A DNA stretch of 64,000 bases. Origin: Bdellovibrionales bacterium (GTDB lineage Bacteria > Bdellovibrionota > Bdellovibrionia > Bdellovibrionales > UBA1609). Below, in pieces: positions 31,501-39,371 of this stretch; positions within the stretch are counted from its first letter, which is position 1; each line of letters opens with the position of its first letter. The stretch lies in contig OZ241877.1 of assembly GCA_965203095.1 (NCBI GenBank), positions 512,001 through 576,000 on the forward strand, given 5' to 3'. A program made the translations under genes and the position numbers. The notes beneath the pieces were generated by a model. The model was not told where the DNA came from and did no database searches. It saw nothing but the letters and a program-made list of their open reading frames with translations.

Positions 31501-32219
31501 CTCTCACAAAAAAAGAATTGAGCTTGATAAAGCCTTACTATACCACAAAAGAATTGTTTCGCTGGTTTGGAGATCCTAAAAATAAACAATGGGTAATATA
31601 CACAGATTCCAGTTTTAAAGATAAAAGCAAAATGAAAGAATATCCCAATATAAAAAAACATTTGGATCAGTTTAAAAAAATTATTACTTCCGACAACAAA
31701 CCTTATGGCCTTCACAGATCCAGAAGAGAATCTTTTTTTAAGGGTGAGAAAATAATAGCTGTTAGAAAATGCACTATCCCCACCTTTTCTTATATTGATT
31801 TTGACAGCTATGTTTCTGCAACATTTTATGTTATACAAAGTTCCCGGCTCAACTTAAAATATTTGACTGCCCTTTTTAATTCCAAACTAATAGCCTTTTG
31901 GCTCCGCCACAAAGGCAAAATGCAAGGGAACAACTATCAAATAGATAAAGAACCTATTATGTCCATTCCTTTAATGAATCCTCCTGCAACAGTTCAAAAA
32001 CCTATAATTGATCTGGTGGATAAAATTCTAAATGTCGGACAATTTAAAAAAGGCACAAAAGCAGAGGATTATTTAAAAGATCCTGCAAAGCAAGCCAAAG
32101 TTCAACAATACGAAAAACAAATTGACCAATTGGTTTATAAACTTTACAATCTCACTCCCTCTGAAATAAAAATCATAGAAAATTCATTAAGTGATCAGTA
32201 TAAGTTGAGTTATTTATAG
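28509..32219 (+). CDS. Type IIG (Eco57I-like) restriction-modification enzyme with TaqI-like TRD
   Basis: FLNGGLF, GTYYTP, DPAVGSGAF, NPPY motifs; C-terminal IDQLVYKLY; contains in-frame repeat insertions. Confidence 0.88.
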   Translation: MREEQARRLVKDSFEKPFDRGKFCLLVKNLLNNMDETKPFPRPLGGSLISKGFRDHIKTLDRVGQYKDTDGKIIDILIVCLKKETSLDRARAKQRNYIAKYLKEDRRGQFKDGALVAFISPGEEDWRFSFIKIDYKFDEKGKIKDELTPARRYSFLVGKNEASHTAQSSLISLLQKDDKNPSIKDLEQAFSVERVTKEFFEKYRELFHKLKESLDKIINEDKKIKKDFSSKGIYSADFAKKLLGQIVFLYFLQKKGWFGVERGKDWGTGSKHFLRELFNKHSQKPVIPALSGNPETKQFFNNILEPLFYEALGLRHEKDYYSRFDCRIPFLNGGLFEPLKAYDWVNTDILLPDSLFSNKNKTKEGDIGDGILDIFDRYNFTVNEDEPLEKEVAIDPEMLGKVFENLLEVRDRKSKGTYYTPREIVHYMCQESLINYLFFALSQQVPVPALQPSSPSHSVFPTKPAVPKKLVVPAKAGTHTHSVLSKNPVVPMQTGIQRSDIEIFIKISDSSLEHDTVYQEKQLEKALKGKTKTTSRYDKSKLPKAIIENAFLIDRALADIRICDPAVGSGAFPVGMMNEVVRARNVLTPFIKSPAKAGIHTLPDKGGQGGLRSPYHFKRHAIEHSLYGVDIDPSAIEIAKLRLWLSLVVDEEDRDKIQPLPNLDYKMLCGHSLLGIEEIEKDLFNMKQFNELEKLKLLYFNETSARKKQKFKQEIEQFIDKITDGKKIFDFEIYFSEVFQEKQGFDIVIANPPYVKEGVNKSAFDGLRKSLYYQGKMDLWYLFACKSIDISRPGSGVIAFIAQNNWVTSHGAKKMRNKVIKDSQILSLLDFGDFKVFSAGIQTMVMLFQKNNFMEEYSFDYRRLSGKNLKTKDMISLLNKEQNQNAEYLSSKIQREKLKNKNLNFSNSKVESILNKMLSQVGFQLKDKEVGKAIEYNIDTLKKKHMASLYLTDREVAQGAVFPQDFVNKKSKAKLKKAQFKVGDGVFVLSDKEKNNIPLTKKELSLIKPYYTTKELFRWFGDPKNKQWVIYTDSSFKDKSKMKEYPNIKKHLDQFKKIITSDNKPYGLHRSRRESFFKGEKIIAVRKCTIPTFSYIDFDSYVSATFYVIQSSRLNLKYLTALFNSKLIAFWLRHKGKMQGNNYQIDKEPIMSIPLMNPPATVQKPIIDLVDKILNVGQFKKGTKAEDYLKDPAKQAKVQQYEKQIDQLVYKLYNLTPSEIKIIENSLSDQYKLSYL

Positions 32220-32220
32220 T

Positions 32221-32871
32221 TCAAGAAAAGGCTTTGGGTTTAAATTCTGGTTTATTGATTAAACTGGCACTATCTCCCACAGCCTTTATCACAAATAAAC
32301 CCTCTCTCTCCGATAAAACATGAGCCTTGCCCTCACTTTTTAAATAAGCTACAGCTCCATATAAAGTGTCGGCCTTAAATTTTGGAAAATAAGATTTAAA
32401 ATCTTGTAAATTGGATAAAAAATGATGAAGGTCTTTTGGGGCTAAAACTGTTTTCACCTCCACAATCACTACTTCCTTCCCATTGGCTACAATAATGTCA
32501 AACTCTGTCTTTTTTTGAACAGTGCCGTCTTTATTCGTCAACTGTGCCTCCACATTGGGTAAGGTTTGATTTACTTGGATCCCCCTTTCCCTTAATAAAT
32601 GAACCAGTTTTCCCTTAACCAAGGATTCCACTAAGTGACCCCATCGTTTATTAAAACGACCACCCACTTTTTGTATCATACGATCTGTTCTTTCCTGTTG
32701 GGCTTGAAATCTTTCTTGTCTCTCTTTCAGTGCCTGCATTTCCTTTTCTGCCACTTTTTGACGAGCTTGCCACTCTTTTTGACGAACTGAGATATCTCTT
32801 AAGTTTTTTTGTGTCTCTCGGACAAGCTTCCAAACTTCATCTAAATCAGGAAAAGTGGGTTTATTACTCAT
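32221..32871 (-). CDS. Coiled-coil plus PD-(D/E)XK-fold protein
   Basis: N-terminal coiled coil; WGHLVE...EFDII...VEVK; AGGAG RBS. Confidence 0.75.
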   Translation of the reverse strand: MSNKPTFPDLDEVWKLVRETQKNLRDISVRQKEWQARQKVAEKEMQALKERQERFQAQQERTDRMIQKVGGRFNKRWGHLVESLVKGKLVHLLRERGIQVNQTLPNVEAQLTNKDGTVQKKTEFDIIVANGKEVVIVEVKTVLAPKDLHHFLSNLQDFKSYFPKFKADTLYGAVAYLKSEGKAHVLSEREGLFVIKAVGDSASLINKPEFKPKAFS

Positions 32872-33019
32872 TATATTCCTCCTTTAGACTATTCATTATA
32901 CTGACAAATTTTAAAAAAGCAATCCTATTTTTTTAAAATGGCTAAAAACTGGTATGAAGGAAAAAAGTGGCTCTTTTTAAGGTGTGATTTAACACTAACT
33001 TTAAAAAGGAGGAGTATTA

Positions 33020-34243
33020 TCAAGGAGAAGGCTGGGAAGTAGGCTCACCCCTGCTATCCATTTCCCTGGATAAAGCCAAGACCCCCAGTTTAGCGATCCA
33101 ACTATAGACATTTTCCATAACTAAACCCTGGATTTTAATTTCTAAATCGCTCATGCAGAGCCGGCGGAATACCGCACCGGGGCTGTTCAAATTGGCTTTA
33201 TGATCTTTTGTCTTATGGCTCCTTAAAAAGCCACCAGCCACTTGGCAACCAATCATATATATCACTGGTTCTGCATTGCCAGAACGCTGAAGTGTTGTAG
33301 GGATTCCCTCTTGAATAATGATTTCTTTTACTACTGCTTCCCCCTTAGAGGCACTCATTTTTTTGCGAGCTTTCCAGCTGAATCGTTCAAAACTCTCTGG
33401 ATCTTTAATAGCCATAACTCCAAGTCCATAAGTGCCAGAGTTATTTTTTAAAAACAAATAAGGTTCTTCAAAAGGGTCTTCCTTTTTTTGCCGGCTTTTT
33501 AACTTTTGCAGGCCAGCTTTCAATCTGGATTTGAGATTTAAAACATTTTCTTGAGATTTCATATCAAAAGGGGAAAAAAGCTCTGTCTCTATTTTTAATC
33601 GCCAAGGCTCTATACCTAATAATCCCGCAAACTCCTCCGCCAATAAGTTGTATTCCTTAAAAAACCGGTGTTTTTTCCGGAAAAGCCAGCCCATTTTTAT
33701 CGGAGGCTTGTATTCTCTATCCAAGGGCAAGTCATATTGGTCGGAAAAGTCATTATTACTAATTACCACCCCCTCTTTTTTTATTGAGTGCAAAAGCTGG
33801 AGAAAAAGCTCTCTCCCGCTGGCGGTCACTATTTTTTGAGGGGATAAAATTTTCTTTCCGGGAACACAAACTGTCACCGGAAAGCCCGCCTGCTCGATAA
33901 GAGATTTTATAACTAAAATATTGTCCCAATAATAGAGGTTTCGGGTGTGCTCTTCAGCTAAAAGGAGGATGTGCTTTGTTGAGGAATGGCTTTCCCTTAA
34001 ATGGATTTTAATAAGCTCACTGGTTCTTTTTTGATCCTCTTCACAAATATTATTAAACCCAGCGGGAAAAACATTGGCGTCCACACAAGCCACTTTAAGT
34101 TGAGATTCTCTTATATCAAAACTGGAGTAAAAAGGGAGTTTATAACCTTTGGATTTGTCTAAAAGCCAGTTTTCCGCCTCTGTTAATTTGTCGATAATTT
34201 TTTGATGAATCAAATGACGAAAAGGAAGAGTTGATGTTTTCAT
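33020..34243 (-). CDS. gshA: Glutamate--cysteine ligase (ATP-grasp-type GshA)
   Basis: PFYSSFDIR, VDANVFPAGFNN, GTYGLG, IIQEG, AEPVIY, NLNSPG motifs. Confidence 0.85.
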   Translation of the reverse strand: MKTSTLPFRHLIHQKIIDKLTEAENWLLDKSKGYKLPFYSSFDIRESQLKVACVDANVFPAGFNNICEEDQKRTSELIKIHLRESHSSTKHILLLAEEHTRNLYYWDNILVIKSLIEQAGFPVTVCVPGKKILSPQKIVTASGRELFLQLLHSIKKEGVVISNNDFSDQYDLPLDREYKPPIKMGWLFRKKHRFFKEYNLLAEEFAGLLGIEPWRLKIETELFSPFDMKSQENVLNLKSRLKAGLQKLKSRQKKEDPFEEPYLFLKNNSGTYGLGVMAIKDPESFERFSWKARKKMSASKGEAVVKEIIIQEGIPTTLQRSGNAEPVIYMIGCQVAGGFLRSHKTKDHKANLNSPGAVFRRLCMSDLEIKIQGLVMENVYSWIAKLGVLALSREMDSRGEPTSQPSP

Positions 34244-34280
34244 ATTTATAGTTGGGTTTTCACGATAAAACCATATCCTG

Positions 34281-35213
34281 TTATTGGGTAGATAAAAGCT
34301 TTATAGCTTTTTTTGATTTTTGGCTATAAAAAATTTCCAACTTTTTTAAATTTTCCCTTTGAATCCATGCATTAGCTGAAAGCAAAGCCTCTGTTAAAGG
34401 ACCTTTATATTTTGCCTTGTTTTTGACCCTTGAAATGGCAAAAAACAGTTTATCAAATAAAAGATACAACTCTTTTATGGCAAGCTCATCCTTATTTTCA
34501 ACTGGAATAAATAAGGCTTGTAAAAGGAACAGTTGGTGATAGGGGAAGGCTCTTAAAAAAGCTGAAGGTGGGAACTGATCTTTTTTGGCATAAGAGCGAC
34601 CCATAAGATAAAATGTCCGGCGGATTTCATGGTTCAGTTCTTCTTCTGTGGAAAAGGCGGATCGGGATTGTAGGATTTTATCTAAAGCCAGGGTTTTGTA
34701 TCTCTCTGCCTGAGGGATTTTGCCCAACCCCGCCTGAGCAATAGCCTGCCGTGCCGGATAAATGGCATTCCGCAAAAGCCAAGGCCCATCATCTAATTTT
34801 TTTTGAGCGGATTTTAAAGATAAAAAAGCCTGCTTTATATCTCCTAAACACTCGTAAGCATAGCTCTGTTCCATAAGCCCTCTCACTTCGAGCTGGGCGG
34901 GACTACCCCTTTGCCTCAAAAATTTTTGATGATATTTAAGCGATTTTTCACACTGGCCAGCCTCTTTATACGCCACTCCCGCATTAAATAACATAAGAGC
35001 TTTGCTTGTGGGATCTTTAACGGAGCGAGCCAGTTTATCGTATATTATAGCTCCTTTTAAAAATTCCTGATTTTTTATAAACGAAAGGGCTTTTTCACTT
35101 TGAGCTATATGTTGAGGGCTGAGGGCGGGATGAGTTTTTTTGTCAGTTGTGGTGCAATGTAAGATACAGCACAGGCTGAAAAGGCTGAAAAAAAAATGTA
35201 AATTTTTCAACAT
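34281..35213 (-). CDS. TPR-containing putative lipoprotein
   Basis: Lipobox-like ILHC; TPR-like LFNAGVAYKEAGQCEKS. Confidence 0.65.
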   Translation of the reverse strand: MLKNLHFFFSLFSLCCILHCTTTDKKTHPALSPQHIAQSEKALSFIKNQEFLKGAIIYDKLARSVKDPTSKALMLFNAGVAYKEAGQCEKSLKYHQKFLRQRGSPAQLEVRGLMEQSYAYECLGDIKQAFLSLKSAQKKLDDGPWLLRNAIYPARQAIAQAGLGKIPQAERYKTLALDKILQSRSAFSTEEELNHEIRRTFYLMGRSYAKKDQFPPSAFLRAFPYHQLFLLQALFIPVENKDELAIKELYLLFDKLFFAISRVKNKAKYKGPLTEALLSANAWIQRENLKKLEIFYSQKSKKAIKLLSTQ

Positions 35214-35357
35214 GCTTGCTATTTTGCCTTTTTATCCCTTAAAAAACAAGAGCAGAAATAAAAAGCTTATTTTTTTTGATTCTCTTTTCTTGAACAGGGA
35301 TAGCTTATGTTATAAAAGGATAGGGTTTTTTACAGGAGACTAAAAAGAGAGGCTTTT

Positions 35358-36623
35358 ATGCAAGTAATAGAGGAAAAGGGCTTAAAACGGAAGATAGAGT
35401 TTACTGTCCCTCTTGAAGAGGTCAATGCGGGTTTTTTAAAAAGCTATCAGCAAATACAAAAAACCGCTCGTATGCCTGGATTTCGACAAGGTAAAGTTCC
35501 CTTAAAAACCTTAGAGAGGAATTACAAAAATCAGGCGTATCAAAAAACTATAGAGAGCTTATTTCACTCATTTTATCCTATAGCTTTAAATCAGCTTTCC
35601 CTCCGGCCGGCCGGACCGCCACAACTCTTGAATGTGGATCTCCGGGAAGGGCAGGCTTGTAAATTTCTTTTGGAGATAGAGATTCACCCTCAAGTGGGCC
35701 TAAAAGGTTTAGAGAGTTTGCATTGTGCCCCTTTTAAGAGTCAAATTAAAGAGGAAGATGTGGATTCTGCTTTAAAGAGATTGAGGGAATCTTTTGCTGA
35801 GTGGGCCGACACTACTGGGGAGGGGCCACTAAAAAAAGCTGATTTTTGTGATATTCAGTTGGAGGCTTTTTCGTTATCGGGGGAGAGAAAGTTAGAGCCT
35901 ACTTCCCTTATGTTGGAGGCGGGAAAAAACTTCATAGCCCCCGGCTTTGATAAACATTTAATAGGGCTTAAACTGAAGGAAAAGCGAGAGTTTGATTTTT
36001 TATTTCCGGAAGATCATCCTCATACAAAAGTTGCGGGTCAAAAATTGCGGGTTTCTGCCTGTTTAATAGGGTTTAAAAATAAAGTTTTACCTAATTTAAA
36101 GTCTTTGGCTGAAAAATTGAGTTTAAAAACTGTGGAGGAATTGCGGGATAAGATTAAAAAAGACATACAAAAGCTTGAGAATCAAAAATATCAAGAAAAA
36201 CTGGAACAAGATATCCTCCAGCAGATAATAGAAAAAAACCCCTTAGATCTCCCTGAAGTTTTGATCCGGCAGGAAGTGCAAAGGCTTAAAGACATAGTGA
36301 AACAACAATGGGATCAAAAATCACCCGGCCAGTCATCCGCTTTTTTGAAAGATAAGGAACCGGAGTTTGAAAAATCAGCTAAAAAAAATCTTCATATAAG
36401 CTATCTTGTTCAACAGCTCATTCAGGATATGGAAATTAAAGTATCTGAAGAAGAGATTAAACAATCCCTAAAAAAAACCTTTCCGGAGACTCCATTAGAG
36501 AATGTGAAGGCTCAGCTAAAGCAGGAACAATCTTGGGATAGTTGGATCTTTAATCTCAAAAAGAAAAAGGCCTTAGGCCAGCTCATTCACCGGGCACAAA
36601 ACAAAACTTTAATAATACCCTAA
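35358..36623 (+). CDS. tig: Trigger factor
   Basis: PGFRQGKVP ribosome-binding signature; FKBP-like FIAPGFD..LIG..FPEDH. Confidence 0.92.
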   Translation: MQVIEEKGLKRKIEFTVPLEEVNAGFLKSYQQIQKTARMPGFRQGKVPLKTLERNYKNQAYQKTIESLFHSFYPIALNQLSLRPAGPPQLLNVDLREGQACKFLLEIEIHPQVGLKGLESLHCAPFKSQIKEEDVDSALKRLRESFAEWADTTGEGPLKKADFCDIQLEAFSLSGERKLEPTSLMLEAGKNFIAPGFDKHLIGLKLKEKREFDFLFPEDHPHTKVAGQKLRVSACLIGFKNKVLPNLKSLAEKLSLKTVEELRDKIKKDIQKLENQKYQEKLEQDILQQIIEKNPLDLPEVLIRQEVQRLKDIVKQQWDQKSPGQSSAFLKDKEPEFEKSAKKNLHISYLVQQLIQDMEIKVSEEEIKQSLKKTFPETPLENVKAQLKQEQSWDSWIFNLKKKKALGQLIHRAQNKTLIIP

Positions 36624-37115
36624 ACTTTTTAGAGTGAGCCAGCTCATCCAAGCCATAAAAAGTGTGACGGAAAAGGGAATACTGTGGAACTGGATCCCTT
36701 TGGTGGTTCGATTAGTGAATAAATAATATAAGTTGAGAAAAAACTTTTTAAGTTGCCCATCCAAAGTGATTTTAACCAATCCCAGGAGTAAAGCCCATGG
36801 TAAAGAGTAGATAAAAATACGGAGAAAATCCAACCAACTCAAAGTGAAAGCCAAAACAACTAAAAGCTTGAGGTCTCCTCCCCCAATGGCTCGAAGTAAA
36901 GCCAGAGGGACTGCCACAAGCAAGGCCAATCCTGCAGACAGGCCCCCATCTATTAGACCTTGAGATCCTTTGAGCACAAAAACCGCTAAAATAGCTATAA
37001 ATAACAGAACCAAAATGAGCTTGTTGTGAATTTTTCGGGAACGGAGATCATCAATGCTGGCAATAAATAAAATCAGGCCAGAGAGGAAAAATACCGGCTC
37101 TAAATTAAAGATCAT
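36609..37115 (-). CDS. A24 family prepilin peptidase (TadV/CpaA-like)
   Basis: DDLRSRKIHN and GGGDLKL aspartate motifs; adjacent to Flp pilins. Confidence 0.88.
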   Translation of the reverse strand: MIFNLEPVFFLSGLILFIASIDDLRSRKIHNKLILVLLFIAILAVFVLKGSQGLIDGGLSAGLALLVAVPLALLRAIGGGDLKLLVVLAFTLSWLDFLRIFIYSLPWALLLGLVKITLDGQLKKFFLNLYYLFTNRTTKGIQFHSIPFSVTLFMAWMSWLTLKSLGYY

Positions 37116-37130
37116 TATCTGCTTTATTTA

Positions 37131-37319
37131 TTAAGGGGTTTGCCAATTGGACCCGGCCTCGGCCCTAAAAGCTTCGCCAGTTTCTAAATGATCTTCTACT
37201 ATTTTTGCCAGAAAGGGCGAGCCTTTTTGAAACATCGCAACAGGTCCATTACCTATAGAAAAAGCTCCGGCAAGGATCATAGCCGAAACAACAAGCAGAA
37301 GCAAATATTCAACAACCAT
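37131..37319 (-). CDS. Flp-like pilin lacking an obvious leader
   Basis: MVVEYLLLLVV Flp-type EY motif plus hydrophobic helix; AAGGAG RBS. Confidence 0.65.
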   Translation of the reverse strand: MVVEYLLLLVVSAMILAGAFSIGNGPVAMFQKGSPFLAKIVEDHLETGEAFRAEAGSNWQTP

Positions 37320-37418
37320 TATGAAACTCCTTGTTTAAGAGAGCTTATTTAAAAAGATAGCTCTCAAAAAACTTATCGGTTAAAAGCATAAAAAAATCAA
37401 GCCATTATGTGAATTTTT

Positions 37419-37700
37419 TTATGGCTTAGCTAAAAGCTGATCCAGCTTGGCTTCTATACTGTCTATCTTTTTTACCAGTTGATTTTGTCCAACTTCTATA
37501 CTGTCTATCCTTTTTACCAGTTGATTTTGTCCAACTTCTAAATTGTCTATCCTTTTTGCCAGATGAGCTATATCCTTTTTCATTGGTTCTATTTTTGCAT
37601 TTAAAAGAAAGTTCATAAAAAAAGCAAAAAAAGCAAAGACTAAAGAGAATGAGGCCACAACAGAAATAACCGTTGTGACGACAAGTTGTAAAGGTTTCAT
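37419..37700 (-). CDS. Small membrane-anchored coiled-coil protein with 14-aa repeats
   Basis: N-terminal TM helix; 42-nt tandem repeats 37452-37562; AGGAGG RBS; TTGACT-N17-AATAAT promoter. Confidence 0.75.
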   Translation of the reverse strand: MKPLQLVVTTVISVVASFSLVFAFFAFFMNFLLNAKIEPMKKDIAHLAKRIDNLEVGQNQLVKRIDSIEVGQNQLVKKIDSIEAKLDQLLAKP

Positions 37701-37901
37701 TTTACCTCCTTTTGTTAACCGATTGACTCTATTATTGATTCATTGAGGCCAAAAGTCAATATTTTTTGATATTAGGGGCTATAATTTGCATGAATACATT
37801 AGTCGCTTGTGAAAAAGCCCAGTGTTTATATAGTTCTCAGCTGGTTTTACTCAAAAAACAACTTTTTTTGACTGAGTTTTAGCCTTGTGCTATAATGGGT
37901 T

Positions 37902-38259
37902 TATGAACTGGTCAGTTATATTAGATCTTTTTGATCAGGCTGTTCCTGTGGGAGTTGTGGCTATAATAGTTTTTCAAGCAGTCATGAGTCGGGATATGAA
38001 GCATATTAGAAAGGATTTAGATAATCATGTCACAGATACAAACAAAAAGATTGAAAATCTTGATAATAAGTTTGATAAAAAATTTGAAGGATTGGGTAGC
38101 AAGTTTGATAAAAAATTTGAAGGACTGGATAGCAAGTTTGATAAAAAATTTGAAGGATTGGGTAGCAAATTTGATAAAAAATTTGAAGGACTGGATAGCA
38201 AATTTGATAAAAAATTTGATAAACTTGAATCTAAAATAGATCAAATTTTAAGGAAATAG
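37902..38259 (+). CDS. Membrane-anchored coiled-coil protein with KFDKKFEGL(G/D)S repeats (Bdr-like)
   Basis: TM helix then 11-aa repeats; TTGACT..TATAAT promoter immediately upstream. Confidence 0.75.
38068..38219 (+). repeat. 33-nt tandem repeat x4.6, alternating variants
   Basis: aagtttgataaaaaatttgaagga(ttgggt/ctggat)agc units start at 38068, 38101, 38134, 38167, 38200. Confidence 0.95.
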
Positions 38260-38330
38260 CTGAAAACTTAGTAAAGGCTAACCGAAAAGCCCACAGGCTT
38301 TTTTTATGAGTCTATTAGAAAGGTGCTGGG

Positions 38331-38531
38331 CTGAGAGGCTGGGAAAAAATTCACGCAGCACTTTTCCACCATCTTTGGAGCGATGAGTCTGGCCAAGGAG
38401 CTATGGAGTATATCCTTATGCTCACAGTGGTTGCTGGTATCATTTTCATATTCAAAGGTAGAATTTCAGACATAGTAAATGAGCTTGTCGATAAATCAAA
38501 GGACAAAATGGGTAATGCTTTAGATCAATGA
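38331..38531 (+). CDS. Second Flp pilin cassette (not in ORF track; no canonical start for the leader)
   Basis: Hand translation ..LFHHLWSDESGQGAMEYILMLTVVAGIIFIFKGRISDIVNELVDKSKDKMGNALDQ*; in-frame TAG at 38316; only a CTG at 38331 could start the leader. Confidence 0.7.
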   Translation: MRGWEKIHAALFHHLWSDESGQGAMEYILMLTVVAGIIFIFKGRISDIVNELVDKSKDKMGNALDQ

Positions 38532-39022
38532 CCATAATTATAAAAACTAATGGGTTATTTAAAGTTTGATGGTAGGCACTGACTCTATAAACCGAACTCT
38601 CATAATAAGCTTGTAATGAGTAAAGGGAAATCTCAAATCATACTGAGTCGTCCGTGAAAAACTTTGCTAAAAAGTCCCCCAGACTTTTTAGCTCCCGTGC
38701 AAACGGGAATCCATACACCTTGTTTTGTAGGAAGAACCCCGTATTTCACTATGTCCAGCTTTCCTGGATTCCCGCTTAAGGCGGGAATGACTGGGATATT
38801 GCCTCACAGCTGAATAGAGCTATAAAACTTGTCAGGATAGTTATTGAGTTTGGACACTGTCTATAGCACCCCTAAGTTTGCCCTCTGTCTGTGTAGTGAG
38901 ATTTCCAACTGCCTCCAGTATTGGTTTTTTAAAAGCTATTACTATAGCCCCAACTACAACCAGCATAAGGATATACTCCATAGCTCCTTGGCCAGACTCA
39001 TCGCTCCAAAGATGGTGGAAAA
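38362..39022. repeat. Perfect 61-bp inverted repeat (38362-38422 / 38962-39022) shared by two Flp genes
   Basis: ttttccaccatctttggagcgatgagtctggccaaggagctatggagtatatccttatgct and its exact reverse complement. Confidence 0.92.
38672..38791. repeat. REP-like palindrome pair
   Basis: gctcccgtgcaaacgggaatcca and ctggattcccgcttaaggcgggaatgac. Confidence 0.8.
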
Positions 39023-39044
39023 ATTTTTTTATTGATTTTTTCAT
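38841..39044 (-). CDS. Flp family type IVb pilin
   Basis: Leader ending ESG then QGAMEY Flp motif and hydrophobic helix; AAGGAGG RBS. Confidence 0.88.
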   Translation of the reverse strand: MKKSIKKFFHHLWSDESGQGAMEYILMLVVVGAIVIAFKKPILEAVGNLTTQTEGKLRGAIDSVQTQ

Positions 39045-39065
39045 AAAAACCTCCTTTTGATAGTC

Positions 39066-39092
39066 TTATCGGTTGTAAGTCCAAAAAACTTA
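39066..39092 (-). promoter_or_regulatory. sigma28 (FliA)-like promoter TAAG-N15-ACCGATAA
   Basis: Reverse complement of ttatcggttgtaagtccaaaaaactta directly upstream of the flp RBS; second ACCGATAA upstream of 37319. Confidence 0.55.
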
Positions 39093-39371
39093 AGTAGAAA
39101 AATGAATTTTTTAAAAAAAATAATTAAGCACAAAAACTTATGCTAATCATAAGATTTTTAAATACCTCTTTTAAAATCAACATTTCTTGGCCCAAAAGCT
39201 CAAAATTATAGCCTTAGCTGTCCATTTAAAGAGCTTTTTCAGCCATAAAGACGAGAAAATGCCCTCCCCCCTATCTTTCTAAAAAAAACTTTTTTCTCTA
39301 AAAAAAAAGAATTTTTTTCACTTTCAGGCCAAAATTTGACTTATCGGACACGATTTTATAACTTGTCGCCG

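Noticed and set aside
38068..38219. Possible CRISPR array (33-nt periodicity)
   Set aside because: Units are directly adjacent with no unique spacers, are in frame within a coiled-coil ORF, and no cas genes are present
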